Shown piece by piece: positions 13,114 to 24,815 of a stretch of 64,000 bases of DNA. A model generated the notes under the pieces. It searched no databases, was not told the origin of the DNA, and saw only the letters and a list, made by a program, of their open reading frames with translations. Where the stretch lies: the NCBI GenBank assembly GCA_973851085.1, contig OZ316776.1, positions 4,092,001-4,156,000 of the forward strand. Reading direction: 5' to 3'. Made by a program: the position numbers and the translations under genes. The stretch comes from Ptychomitrium polyphyllum. Its lineage: Eukaryota. Positions within the stretch are counted from its first letter, which is position 1, and each line of letters opens with the position of its first letter.

Positions 13114-15459
13114 ATGGGTTCCGATGCCAAGGTGAGACGCGGACTTTCCAGGGGTAGATCCTTTGCAGTTGAGTTGACTGACGTTCGAGGAGCGTGCCTG
13201 TGCCATGAGGTGTGGCTAACGTTGGCGTCTTCCAGCTCGAGCGGCGGGAGTCGCAAGCCGAGGGTGGCAGCAGAGGGGAGAAGCGGTGGTCGATGACGGA
13301 CTTCGACATCGGAAAGCCACTGGGCAGGGGCAAATTCGGGAACGTGTACCTAGCCCGGGAGAAACAGGTGAGACTACTGGACCGACCCGTCTGTCGCAGT
13401 ATCCGCTCCGCTGTCCGGTGGTGGGCAGTCGAAGGGAACGGTAGAATGCGGTATCCGCTTCCTCCACGCCGAGTTTGGTCGTTGTTGTCGGAGTTCGAGT
13501 TGCGGGCTCGATGCGTGGTCCGAAGCGTGTTGCGAGCGTGTTCTGGGATGGATGTCCCGGGGAATCGCGGTTGAAACAGGTCGTCGGTAGCATGCAATGC
13601 AGGGAGCCCACAGCTTGCGGGACGTGGTGATCACAGCCGACGAAGCCGTCCCGCTTCTGTACTGTGGTGCGTCCCAGAGCATGGCGCAGCGCCACTGTCA
13701 ATGATCGCGATGCGTTGGTCCTGGCCCTGACGGATGGAGTGTGGTATGGCAGAGCAAGTATATCGTGGCGCTGAAGGTTCTGTTCAAGAACCAGCTCCAG
13801 CAGTCCCAAGTGGAGCACCAGCTGCGGCGCGAGATCGAGATTCAGTCTCATCTTCGGCATCCCAACATCCTTCGCCTGTACGGGTACTTCTATGACCAGG
13901 TGAGAACTTGGAATGCACGCGTGCGGGCGCGCACGTGGGTTTTCCGCGATGACTCGATGTTCCCACTGCTTCGTATGCGACCGAGAGCAGTCGATGATCC
14001 CCGTGGATGCCCCTTCCGACGGCGGTGCGGGGAAGAGTCCAGTATGTGATGCTTCTCTGCATAGACTGTGATAGCGAGCTCGGTGGGCAGGTCCGCAGCC
14101 TCATCCCGTTGGTTGCATGTGTGTCCAGGCGAGAGTGTATCTGATCCTGGAGTATGCTGCGAAGGGTGAGCTCTACAAAGAGCTGCAAAGATGCAAAGTC
14201 TTCCACGAGAAGAGGGCGGCCACGGTATGACCGAACTAGTGACCGTCGTTTTTGGAATGGATGTAACCCCCTGCTGTCGTCCTTCCGGACCCGTCGTGAG
14301 GGGCCGGAGTAATAGGTGGACAGTGGAACTCGTTGAGGCAGTGGATGTGGTGCTGAACCGCGTGTGTTGTCGACCTGCAGTACATCGCCTCTCTAGCCCG
14401 TGCCCTAATCTACTGCCACGAGAAGCACGTCATCCACCGTGACATCAAGCCGGAGAATCTACTGATCGGGCTGAAGGTTTGTGAGCAGTTTCTCGCCGAG
14501 CTTACGCTGAACGGTTGTTACGTTTCTGTTTTGGTGGTGGCGAGGGCAGGCGTCCGTCTGCTGACAAGCATTTGGTTGGGTGGACAGGGCGAGTTGAAGA
14601 TAGCGGACTTCGGGTGGTCCGTACACACGTGCAACAGGCGTAGGACCCTATGCGGGACCCTGGATTACCTACCTCCGGAGATGGGTAAGCACTCGCCAGT
14701 CTCATGCATACGTGGAGCGAGCTTCGAGTGTGTTTTGGATTTCTGGATGTGCTGTGGATGGCTGAGTGCGCTGGAGTTTCTGTACTGTGGGGACAGTGGA
14801 GGGCAAGGAGCATGATGCTGGAGTGGACGTGTGGAGCTTGGGCATTCTTTGCTTCGAGTTCTTGTATGGCACCCCGCCTTTCGAAGCGAAGAAGCACTCC
14901 GACACGTACAAGCGGTAATTCACCTTCGTGCCTCGTTCTTGGATTTGGATGTGTCGAGCTGGTGAGCAGAGACTCGGAACCGAGCGTTGATGAGAGTGGA
15001 ACGAAAGAGGGAGGAAGGGCTTTGGCTCTGGGCTTGGAGACGAGGGCATTCTGAGATGTGTTCCGGGCATGACGTGCCTCACATGATGACATCCGAAAGG
15101 AGGGGGGTTTCTAACAGCGGCATGTTGTGTCGTGCAGCATCGTTCGCGTGGACCTGAGATTTCCATCCAAGCCCGTCATTTCGTCAGCCGCCCGAGATCT
15201 GATCTGTCAGGTAAGGGGAGTCGGCGAGGTGTGGCATGTATGTTGATCGCGTCTTGGCCGACGCTTCTTTCGCCAGCAGCGTGTTTACGTTGCAAGTTTT
15301 GGGAGTGGCGATTCCTCTAATTCTGCAGGGCACTGTCGCTGATGTATGCAGCTGCTGGTGAAGGATTCTGCCCAGCGGCTGCCTCTTCGCAAAGTGCTCA
15401 CGCATCCATGGATCGTAAACAATGCCGACCCGAGTGGCGTTTATGGCGGCCAGAATTGA
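13114..15459 (+). CDS. AUR1: Alpha-type Aurora serine/threonine kinase, copy 1 (9 coding exons)
   Basis: Exons 13114-13131, 13236-13367, 13753-13899, 14129-14224, 14381-14476, 14588-14684, 14797-14914, 15138-15210, 15352-15459, all GT-AG and in frame. Motifs [48 protein letters not shown] and C-terminal NADPSGVY (AtAUR1/2-like). Confidence 0.95.
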
Positions 15460-17459
15460 CGTGCTGTGGAGACGAATGGTCCAGGTCAGAGGCTGCGGTC
15501 ACCCCGTTTTTTTTTGGTCAGGTTTGGAGCGTCTTGGAACGGACGGCTGTAGGAACCGCGGACGAGGTGTGGAAGTAAGCGGCACTGAGCTGTTTTTCCA
15601 GTTCAGGTAGGGAGCGCGCTGCATTGGAGCGAAGAGGAGTCTGCCGAATGCGGAGTAGGTTTGGACGTAGCTCGCGGGGGGTTGGGGGTTTGAGCTCGGG
15701 TCGAGGGCCGGGCGGTCGCGCTTGACCTGCGACGAGTGGTTTTCCGTGGCCACAGGGTCGCAGGGCATGACCTGAGGATCGTCTCTGCGATCACGCCTGC
15801 GTGAGCGTAGGTGGACAAACTGGGAGGCTCTGGTTAGGATAGTGCGAGACGGCAGCAACGATTGCTAGCACGTATATTACTTGTAACATACACGCCAAGG
15901 TTTCGATTCAGAATTTTGAGTTGTCTCAACTTGGTTGGAATGCCAATACTATGTAACTTGGTTCACATCACTGCCGAACTGTGCACGTTCGTCCGCGCTC
16001 TCTTGCGCGGTTTGCAACGGAACCGGTGTTGTACGCTTCGTGTTGGCACGGACCGAGTGCGGCAGCCCGTTTCTAGTTTTACCGCGTTGCCCTCGGTGTT
16101 TTGGTCGTATTCGCTGACGGTGGAGAGGATTGTTCTGGCAACCCGGGGGAACCTTGTAGCTGCGGGACCTGCCGAACGTCTATGTTTTCCTCGCACATGT
16201 GCAGCACAGCCGAGCTTGCAGTCGGGGCAGTTTCGTAGCAGAACCTCTATGTGCAAGATTTTTCTCGTTTTGAAGCGGATGACGGTATCTGGGTGTCAGA
16301 TTGCCGGCTTTCAGGATGGGCTCTTGTCTGGAGAGAAATTGCAAGGACGGTTCGTCATAAGACAGCACGAGCAGAAACATTGTTGGAAAAATGTGTCGTA
16401 GTGTAGTGGAGAGCAAGGAAGCTCGTGTGCCGAGTCACCAAACCAAACTCATGCCCTCGGAAATCACTTCTTAGCGATTTTTCCTCCCTACGTGGGGAGG
16501 ATGAGTTGCTTCAACTGGTCAACATGTTCTGTTAGTTATGGACATACAGAGCAAGAGCGAACTGTGGTCTCTTCCAGGCGGCCTGGATAAGGATTCCGAG
16601 ATCGAGCGTCCGAATGGCAACGCCGCCCTTGTCCGAACTCACTTCATTGTTTACGGGAAGTACAAGTCCTTTTCGTTTCTTGTGGTCCGTGGCCAGGTTC
16701 TTTCCCGACACCTATTCTCGCTGGCTCTTAGAGGGAGGAAGCTGGTGAGTTGTTCTTGAAGCCTGAACGTTCTGGCTGTAGCAGACAATCGATAGGTCTC
16801 CACGACTCGCCTTGTGAACTGGAAAGAATTGCAATACTTTTAATCATCCCCCGACTGGGACAGATATTCATGTTCTAATCCGCTCTACGTAAATTTGAAG
16901 TTAACTGACACAATGGTGTCCATTCAACAAATCATATGAGTGTAAAACATTGAAGAGGCCGTTATAAACATCACAGATCACACGCACGGAGTAGAGAAAT
17001 GTGTACTGTAATGAAAATTTTCAGTAAACTCAATGACAGAATCCTGATTCGTCATCGATGGCTCACTCAGATACACAAACGCTAGGACGCTCGGATAAAG
17101 TGCTAAAATCCTCGTAAATCACAAAGATGCAGCCAAGTAGTCACTCTTCAAAGTGTTCTTAAACCCGATTTCAAAGGACGTCACTCGTTACATGCATTTA
17201 GGGTTTTTAGGATGTGAATCCGTCGGTTGATCAAAAATGAATCTGACATCTTAAACAAGAATGTACAGTTGGATCTCGGATTCACCTTTACTATACTTGA
17301 CGAAGTGCGAGCGAATTGGACAGTCTGATAGCTGACAGCCTCCATTGCTAGTGAAACGAAACAAGTCGAGCAGCAAACACCTTTGTTTTAAAATCTTGAA
17401 CTCATCTTTATGAGACTTCCACTTCCGGCACGGCATACGATCACCTAGTTGGCTGGGGT

Positions 17460-17901
17460 TCAAGGCGTAGTTGAAGATGTAGAAGCCTGCGTTTCCGTTT
17501 GCGCTAATTTTGCAGCTGTGATTTTTGACACGTCGGGGGCCTGGAATATCCTGGCTCTTCGGATGATATCCTGGACTAGCCAATGCTTACGCTTGCTCAA
17601 AGGCCGCGACGACTCTAACCTCACCTGCGAGTGGAATGCACGCCAGAAGGAAAACTCAAGGAAAACCGGAAATACCATCAATGGATTCTAGGAGAATCAC
17701 GAAACAACTTCATCAGTGCACCACAAATAAAGTACCCACCTCATCACCAATGTTGCAGGCGTTGGTCTCGTCGTGCGCCATGAACTTGGAGGTGCGGCGC
17801 ACGAGCTTGGGGTAGCGCGGGTGCTGCCACATGCGCTGCACCGCCACCACCACCGACTTGGTCATCTTGTTGGACACCACCTTGCCCACCACCGTCTTCA
17901 T
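17460..17901 (-). CDS. RPS17: Bacterial-type ribosomal protein S17 (uS17, probably mitochondrial), copy 1; 2 exons, 108 aa
   Basis: Exons 17901-17740 and 17624-17460. MKTVVGKVVSNKMTKSVVVAV...TSKFMAHDE..CNIGD|VRLESSRPLSKRKHW is the uS17 signature. Telo-box-like AAACCCTA at 17985-17992. Confidence 0.93.
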
Positions 17902-18203
17902 CTCGTCCTCAGCACCGCGAACGCCACAGCTTCACCTTCCTCCCGTGCAGTCGTCTCCCGACTGCTGCGAAGCTTTGGGTTGCAAAACCCTAGAAACAGA
18001 GAGCTCTTAAACCCCTGCCAAGTACTCCTCACGCTACTAGAACCGATTCCGCGCAGAATCGTCGTTTTCTCTCGCTAACGCCACTTAACTTCGAGGGCGC
18101 ACAACTAAAGCCGACATTACCTACGACATTTCCGCGTACTTACATAGGTGGTAGATAGTGTTAGGTTTGGTGTACCCACGGTTATAGATCTGCATCCCTT
18201 ACG

Positions 18204-18321
18204 GGACACGCCTTGGACACGCCTTGGACACGCCTTGGACACGCCTTGGACACGCCTTGGACACGCCTTGGACACGCCTTGGATACGGCTTGGACATGGC
18301 TTGGATACGGCTTGGACATGG
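18204..18321 (+). repeat. 11-bp minisatellite: (GGACACGCCTT)x7 plus about 4 variant units
   Basis: Read directly. Variant units are GGATACGGCTT and GGACATGGCTT. Confidence 0.95.
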
Positions 18322-20741
18322 AAATTCTCTATAATTCTAGGAAATTGATTTTGAATCAAAATTAAAGAAGTTATAGATGAAGTACGGGCAGATGAGTGGG
18401 AAGTGTGTCAAAGTGCCTATCTTTGAACATCTACAATATTCTTTAATTATTGATAAATACAAAACTTTGACTATTACTATCCACAAAAAATGCCATGTAG
18501 ATAGTGATATGTCCTACACATTGACATTCTTGTCACGTAACCACAATGACAAGGTGCGTTAAGCCAAAAAATTGTTCAAAATACGTATAATTTTTGTATA
18601 AAAACTAGTAATATAGATCTTCCATTTTTACCAATCTAAATCACATACATAACCGTCCTATTTAAGCTTTGCAAAATTGAATTGTGTCAATTTGAAAAAA
18701 CTGCAACATTGACTTTAATAAAATTAATTCAACACTTAAGGGGTTGGTGCATGAAGTATATTCTTTCACTTGGAACATTGGCAATAAATTGATGTTATCT
18801 TTTGAAAACTTTTTAAATATTTTTTTTAAATATTGGTGATATAATTTCTATCAATTATAAAGATACTTCCCATCTAAGTGAAGCATTAATAAAAGAAGGG
18901 CGTAAGTAATTGACTAAAAATTAAAGAATTATACTAACTAAAAGAACCTTAATAGACACATGTACATGTTGAAGAGCTTGGAGTTTATTGTTAAGTATGA
19001 AATGATTTTTGCAACATGCACTTTCACATATTAACACGCTTTGAACGGGCTTCAATCAGAAATTGTACAGTTTGGCTTTGTCGTTTTTTAAGATACTATA
19101 CAAATATTTGCCAACTTTGTTAATCTTAGATAATTATGAATTTACTTGTTAGATTTATAATTAAGAACAATTTAGCCAACAATCAACTTATTAAACTAAT
19201 ATTATCTTTGCACGTTACTTTTCATTGATTTTTTTTTATGAACATTATATTCTTTTAACATATTTTTTAAAAAGTAATGTGCTAGTGAAATAATTCCATG
19301 AATTTAAAAACATTTATAAAATTAAAATAAAATTATTCAAATTTATAAGTATAAAAGTATGTATTATTTACAAATGTGTTATGAACACTTATTGGAAGCT
19401 AAAATAGATACAAATGTTTAAATTTTATTTCAAATGAATAAAACTAATTTTTATATTTTGCTATAATTTTATTAATTTTTTATATTGAAATCTTAGGTGT
19501 TGTTATTATTAACGTTCATGTGTGAATATTATGGCACTTTGATTACTTTATAAGGCTTATATTGAAGTTCCAAAACAAAATCTAAAATCATAATAAATCT
19601 ATATTTGAATTTAAAATTAAGTTTTAAAAATATATTGTAAATCAAGAATTAGCAAATGCTATGTTGTTTTTTGGCTTTCATCTTTAATTTTCAAATATGC
19701 CTTTAAACATTCCAAATTCAAAATTGTAATGCTTGGAAGTAAATATAAAATCTACAAACCAAAACATCTTTAATTCCATTGCAACAAAAACCTTGCACTA
19801 ATAGTTTTCTATTTTTCTAGTAAAAATAGCTATTAAATTAGTATCTTTTAAAAAATATTTATAGCTTATATACAATACTTCTTAATTTAAAGAAAAAAGA
19901 TTATAGCTCTTAAGTTTATTTATGCCTTGTTGATTTTTATAACATTCTAATATTTAAACACCAATCTGTGTTTTTTATTTATATAGTAATGAAATTTTTA
20001 AGAGGAATAAGAATAATTTATTAAAAATAATAAGAATGATTTTTTACTAAGTTGTATATTTGAGTTCCTTCTTGATAAAAATAAATTTCAAAATTAATAA
20101 GCAAGGTATTGATCTTTGAAAATGTTTAGTCTTTATATATGTAAACAAAATTCTCTTAAAATATACAAAGATATATTAAATTACACATGATCTTTGATTA
20201 TTTCAAAAATGACAAACTTTTGTTTTTGTAAGCCAAAATACATTTTCAACATTGAATTTGATAGACCAAGTCTAAAACATGTGTGCATTGTAAGTGGCAA
20301 ATTAATTGAGATGATTGTAGTATAAATCATATTTTGTTCACGTAAAATTTTTAATTATAATAGCGTAAATTTTAGAGCTCATTACAATAAATATTCTTCA
20401 ACATATTCTTTAGCCATCAATTACAGCAGAAAATCACGCTTAAACACTAAGTCTACCAAGTCTTTTTAATGCTAGAAACAAAATTCTTGCTTAAATGCAA
20501 ATTATGATTACAAACTAAGCCATTGCAAATTGGCTAATCTTATAATACTTAAAGTACAACAATTTAACCTTCTTTTGAACACTTTGATACAAAAAATGAT
20601 CCACATCAAATACTATATAGTGCTAAGGAAATACATTAGATTTTTATTAAGTAAATTACAAAATACAAAAATGAATTAATCATATTTTAAAACAGTAGAA
20701 GGTATATGTTGCACAAATCATCTCTCACTTTGCAATACACT

Positions 20742-21288
20742 TGTTGCAACCTTTGCAATGCACTTTAACAAACATCACGCATACCAACCTTGTACACCCC
20801 AACATGCACATGGTTAACTTCCATTTTCACTCTCCAAACCATACACTTGGTTTTCAATTCTTTCTATTCATTTATCTTAAGATACCCAATTGGTTGGTAG
20901 CTAATGATTAGATGCAGACTTCCATTTATATCCAAGGTTTTACTTGGTGTTACTTCCATTCTACATGGCCTAACCGCACTTAGTGGTATCTCCTCACCAC
21001 CACTCATGATCCTAAAGTGATCCCATGATCAACTCGAGCCACCATAGTGTTGGCATGAAGATACTACCCCAATATAATGACAACTCATGCACACTTTGGA
21101 ACTCATTAGTTCTTTTTGTAAAACCGGTCACTCACTAGTTTACAATGGTATGGGAGTTCCCATGGTGAAGCCTCAACATTAACTCCACTCATTGGAACTC
21201 ACTTTTGATTATTATTGCAACACTATGGAAGTAGAGAAATGGATCAACCCTCCCTATAGTACTTTTTGTGGGATTTGGGAGGTCTTTT
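20742..21288 (-). mobile_element. Old truncated family-A LTR (mirror copy 30633-31179)
   Basis: Begins tgttgcaacctttgcaatgcac (reverse complement of the LTR end). Diverged homology to 22900-23420. Interrupted at 21289 by a younger LTR. Confidence 0.8.
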
Positions 21289-22899
21289 TGTCGCGCACCT
21301 CTTCTTAAAAAGTGCCCGCAACACTAATGACACAAGGGAGACCCCAGAGTGACGTTCGGGACTTGTAGCGCCAATAATGAGGAGAACCAAGTGGGCCTAG
21401 CGTGGGAAAGATCCCTAAGGGGAAAAACATCCTTGCCCATGCAGACCGAGGGCCACGAAGGATAAATCGTAGGCATTGGAAGAATCATGAAGAGCTGATT
21501 CTAAAATGCTAAAGATTGCTCAAATCAGACAAGGAAGCTAAAAGTTATGGCATTCCAAAGTTGGAGTTGCCAAGGGGCTGTTTTGGACTGTGGCAGCCCT
21601 ACACAGTGACTGTACTGGGACGGTCAAGGGAGGGACTCCTCGGGAGTCCCGAACCTTGGGAGAGGCATATCTCCCAGAGTACCAACTCAAATTGGACGTT
21701 TGAGGAGTCTATCCGCATCTACGCAAAGAGTAAATGACGATAGAGTGGTTGCATAATACATTTGGGCACCGGAAGAGGAAGATATAGCTCCTTGAAGGTC
21801 CGAAGGGAGTTCCGGAGGCTTTCAGCGGCTAAGTCTCAAGGGAGATCAGGTGGTCTTCCAAAACTTTGGGTGTGTCGGAGTTCAGCTAGCTACAGAGCGC
21901 CAGGGGGCCTGCCGAATCCCACAGAGAGTACTATAGGAGAGGGCTGGTCCTCTTCCTCTCTCCCCTATTGTGTTACGGACATAAATCATGCAACATAGTC
22001 TTTAGAACATCATAGAACCTTTTAGTATACTAGAATAGTTTCTTAGAATACTTTTAGATGTCTCCTTAGCCTTTTTTATGTTTTTAGGAAGCTTCCCAGG
22101 AAAGTTCCTCCACTATAGGAAACTTCCTAGGAAGGTTTTATCATCTTAGGTTACTTCCTAGGAAACTTCCTAGGAAGATTCCATCACCTTAGGAAACTTC
22201 CTTGGAAGGTTCTATCTTTTCAGGAAACTTTCTAAGAAGGGTCCGCTACCTTAGGAAACTTCCAAGGAAGGTTCCATTTCCTTGGAAGCTTCCAAAGAAG
22301 GTTCCATTTCCTTGGAAGCTACTTAGGAAGGTTCCAACATCTTAGGAAACTTCTTGGAAAGGTTCCTTAGACTTCCAGAACATTCTTAAGCCTTGTTGGA
22401 AGCTTCTTTAGAAGTATCATAGGAGATACAAACGTCCTAGTATAAATAGGAGGCAAGACAAGGTATTCCTTAGTCTTGCCAACACAAGTTGTGGATCATC
22501 TTGAATCCTGCCTTATTCTAGTCTTTGTATCAAAGTTTTTATTAATCATTAGCTCTTTGGAAGCTAATTCTTGGGAAACACTTCATTTCTGCTTCTTGGT
22601 TCTTGTGTCCCTAATATGATGTCCCGGTAGGAACCAAGGGTGAGTCTCGATTGGTGGAGCTAGTGTTGGGGATTCACCACGGGGACTCCCATCCTATTGT
22701 GAGCCGGTGGATGGCCGATATCACAGAGGGGACTGGTACGTTTAAAAGGGCACGCTTGTTACCATTAAGTTGGGGTGTTGTCTTCACGCCTGCACCATGA
22801 TGGCTGGAGGTGATCTTAGGATCGCCTCGGGATCATAAGTGGTGGCGAGGAGACACCACTAAGTGCGGTTAGGTCGTGTGGAATGGGAATAACACGAAC
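21289..22899 (+). mobile_element. Family-A LTR, interrupted by a solo LTR (21971-22616) and truncated at 22899
   Basis: Starts TGTCGCGCACC and mirrors the LTR at 29494-30632. Homology resumes at 22617 after the insertion and stops at 22899. Confidence 0.88.
21971..22616 (+). mobile_element. Solo LTR of family B (646 bp) with decayed 5-bp TSD
   Basis: TGTTACGGAC...CCTAATA, homologous to 4368-4815. Flanks TATTG and TGATG, versus TAATG at the empty site in the right-hand LTR. Confidence 0.88.
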
Positions 22900-24815
22900 T
22901 GTCGCAAGCCTTGTAATGCACCATAGCAAACGTCACGCGCGTCAACCTTTACCACCACATGCACATGGTTAACCCCATTCTCCTCTTCAAACTCCCTATA
23001 CCATTTATCTTAGGACATACAAATGATTTGTAGCCAATGGTTGAGTGCAGATTTCCATTCATGTCCAAGGCCTCACTTCGTGTTACTGCCATTCTACACG
23101 GCCGAGCCGCACTTAGTTGTGTCTCCTTGCCACCACTCATGATTTCCATGTGACTCCAAGATTATCCCGGGCCATCATAGTGCCAACGTAAAGACACCAC
23201 CTCAACTTAGTGGTAACAAGCGTGCCATTTTAAACGTACTAGTCCCCTCCGCAAAATCGGCCATCCACTAGCTCACAATGGTGTGGAAGTCCCCATGGTA
23301 AAGGTCCAACACTAGCTCCACCAACCGAAACTCACCCTTGACTCTTACAGGGACACTAGAGAAGTGGGGAGGAGACCCAGCCTTCCCTTATAGTACTCTC
23401 TCTGGGATTCGGATGGCCCCCTGGCGCTCTGTAGGTGGCTGAACCCTGACACACAAAAAGTTTTGGAAGACCACCCAAACTCCCTTGGGACTTAGCCAAC
23501 GGAAGCCTTCGGGACTCCCTATTAGCTTTCAGGGAGCCATATCTTCCACGTTCGGTGCCCGAATCTATTTAGTGACCACTATATTGTCGTTTGTTCTTTG
23601 CAAAGATGCCGATAGACTCCTCAAACGTCCAATTTGAGTTGGTACTCTGGGAGATATGCCTCTCCCAAGGTTTGCGACTCCCGGGGAGTCGTTCCCTGGA
23701 CCGTCCTAGTCCTGTACAGTCACTCTGTAGGGCTGCCACAATCCAAAACAGCCCTTTGGCAAGTCCAACTTTGAGATGCCATATCTTTTAGCTTCCTTGT
23801 CTGATTTGAGCAATCTTTAGCATTCTAGAATCAACTCTTCGTGATTCCTCCAATGCCAATAATTTATCTCTTGTGGCCCTCAGTCTATATGGGCAAGGAT
23901 GTTTTTCCCCTTAGGGATCTTTCTCATACTAAGCCCACTTGGTTCTCCTCACTATCGGCGCCACAAGTCTCGGACGTCACTCCGGGGTCCTCCTTGTGCC
24001 CTTAGTATTGTGGGCATTCTTCAAGGAGAGGTGCGTGACACTCATCTCCACCTTGATGGAGTTGATGCCCTCATCGACTATAGTTAAAGTCGGCACACCA
24101 ATTCCAAGGTTGCCATCCTCTAGTGGTGCAACATTGTGTTTCATCCAGGGTGCGACCTCCCAATGCTCTCATAAATCTTTGGCAGAGTCTCAAAGGTGTC
24201 GTTTAAGAGGTGGTCTGTTTAGGCACCCTAGACAAAAATCTTTGGGGCCCTAAATTACTCTAGACCTACCTACTTTGAGACCCTCTTGGAATACGCTCCC
24301 TAAATAGGCTACACTGCCTTAACTCTTCTTTTCTGACTAAACTCGACCTCAATGCTCCACTAAGTTGTCTTGGTTGCAAATCTAAGGTGGCTCTTACTCC
24401 ACGACTCGATCGCACGGGAGTAATGCCAAGTTCCGCCCAACTTGGATCCCACTATCTCTATTGAAACATCAATTCATGACTCCCATGCACTAACTTTTGT
24501 TAGTTTGTAGGAGTGGCGCTTTTATGAGCACGCGCCATTACCTTGTCTTTGCCCGGACAAGCCCGAGACTAAGTGGTTTTATGGTTTTAACCATTCCTCC
24601 TTCCAACCTTGGTCTTCCCAACTTGGTTTCACATGTCTATTCCCCATCTTCTACCAATTTAGGATAAGTACAAGACTAGGACGTCATCTTATACACTTTT
24701 CTTTGCACATAAAAAAGTTGAACTTTATTGCCACAAGTCAAAGAACCAATATATGATGTGAAGAAGTTACTGCTACAAGCCTCTCTCTTCCTACTAAAAG
24801 AGATTGATGTCCTCA

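Larger units (their letters stand above)
8751..21771 (+). repeat. Left arm of a large inverted segmental duplication (palindrome)
   Basis: Every ORF from 9054 to 21737 has an identical opposite-strand partner whose coordinates sum to 51921. Spot checks of AT-rich intergenic DNA are identical. Confidence 0.98.

Noticed and set aside
12213..13860. Long minus-strand ORFs (168-293 aa) overlapping the Aurora promoter and 5' exons, and their mirrors at 38061-39708
   Set aside because: Pro/Arg/Ser-rich with no recognisable domain. Expected as shadow ORFs of GC-rich DNA. Their duplication only reflects the palindrome.
15460..17459. ORFs of 60-179 aa between the convergent Aurora and rps17 genes
   Set aside because: No recognisable motifs or consistent splice structure. 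Probably UTR or intergenic sequence.
18204..18321. Possible CRISPR-like array (also considered for the LTR internal repeats at 22080-22375)
   Set aside because: The units are contiguous with no unique spacers, there are no cas genes, and the context is eukaryotic.
18117..18359. Repetitive peptides (QGVSKACPRRV / LDTPWTRLGHA)
   Set aside because: These are translations of the 11-bp minisatellite, not evidence of a protein.
18400..20740. Very AT-rich block as a possible MITE or Helitron
   Set aside because: No terminal inverted repeats, TSD or Helitron termini could be identified by eye.
21516..21998. Short ORFs recurring at 5150, 21516, 21762, 22949, 29517 and 30184
   Set aside because: They lie within copies of the family-A LTR, so recurrence reflects the repeat, and the frames are not conserved between copies.
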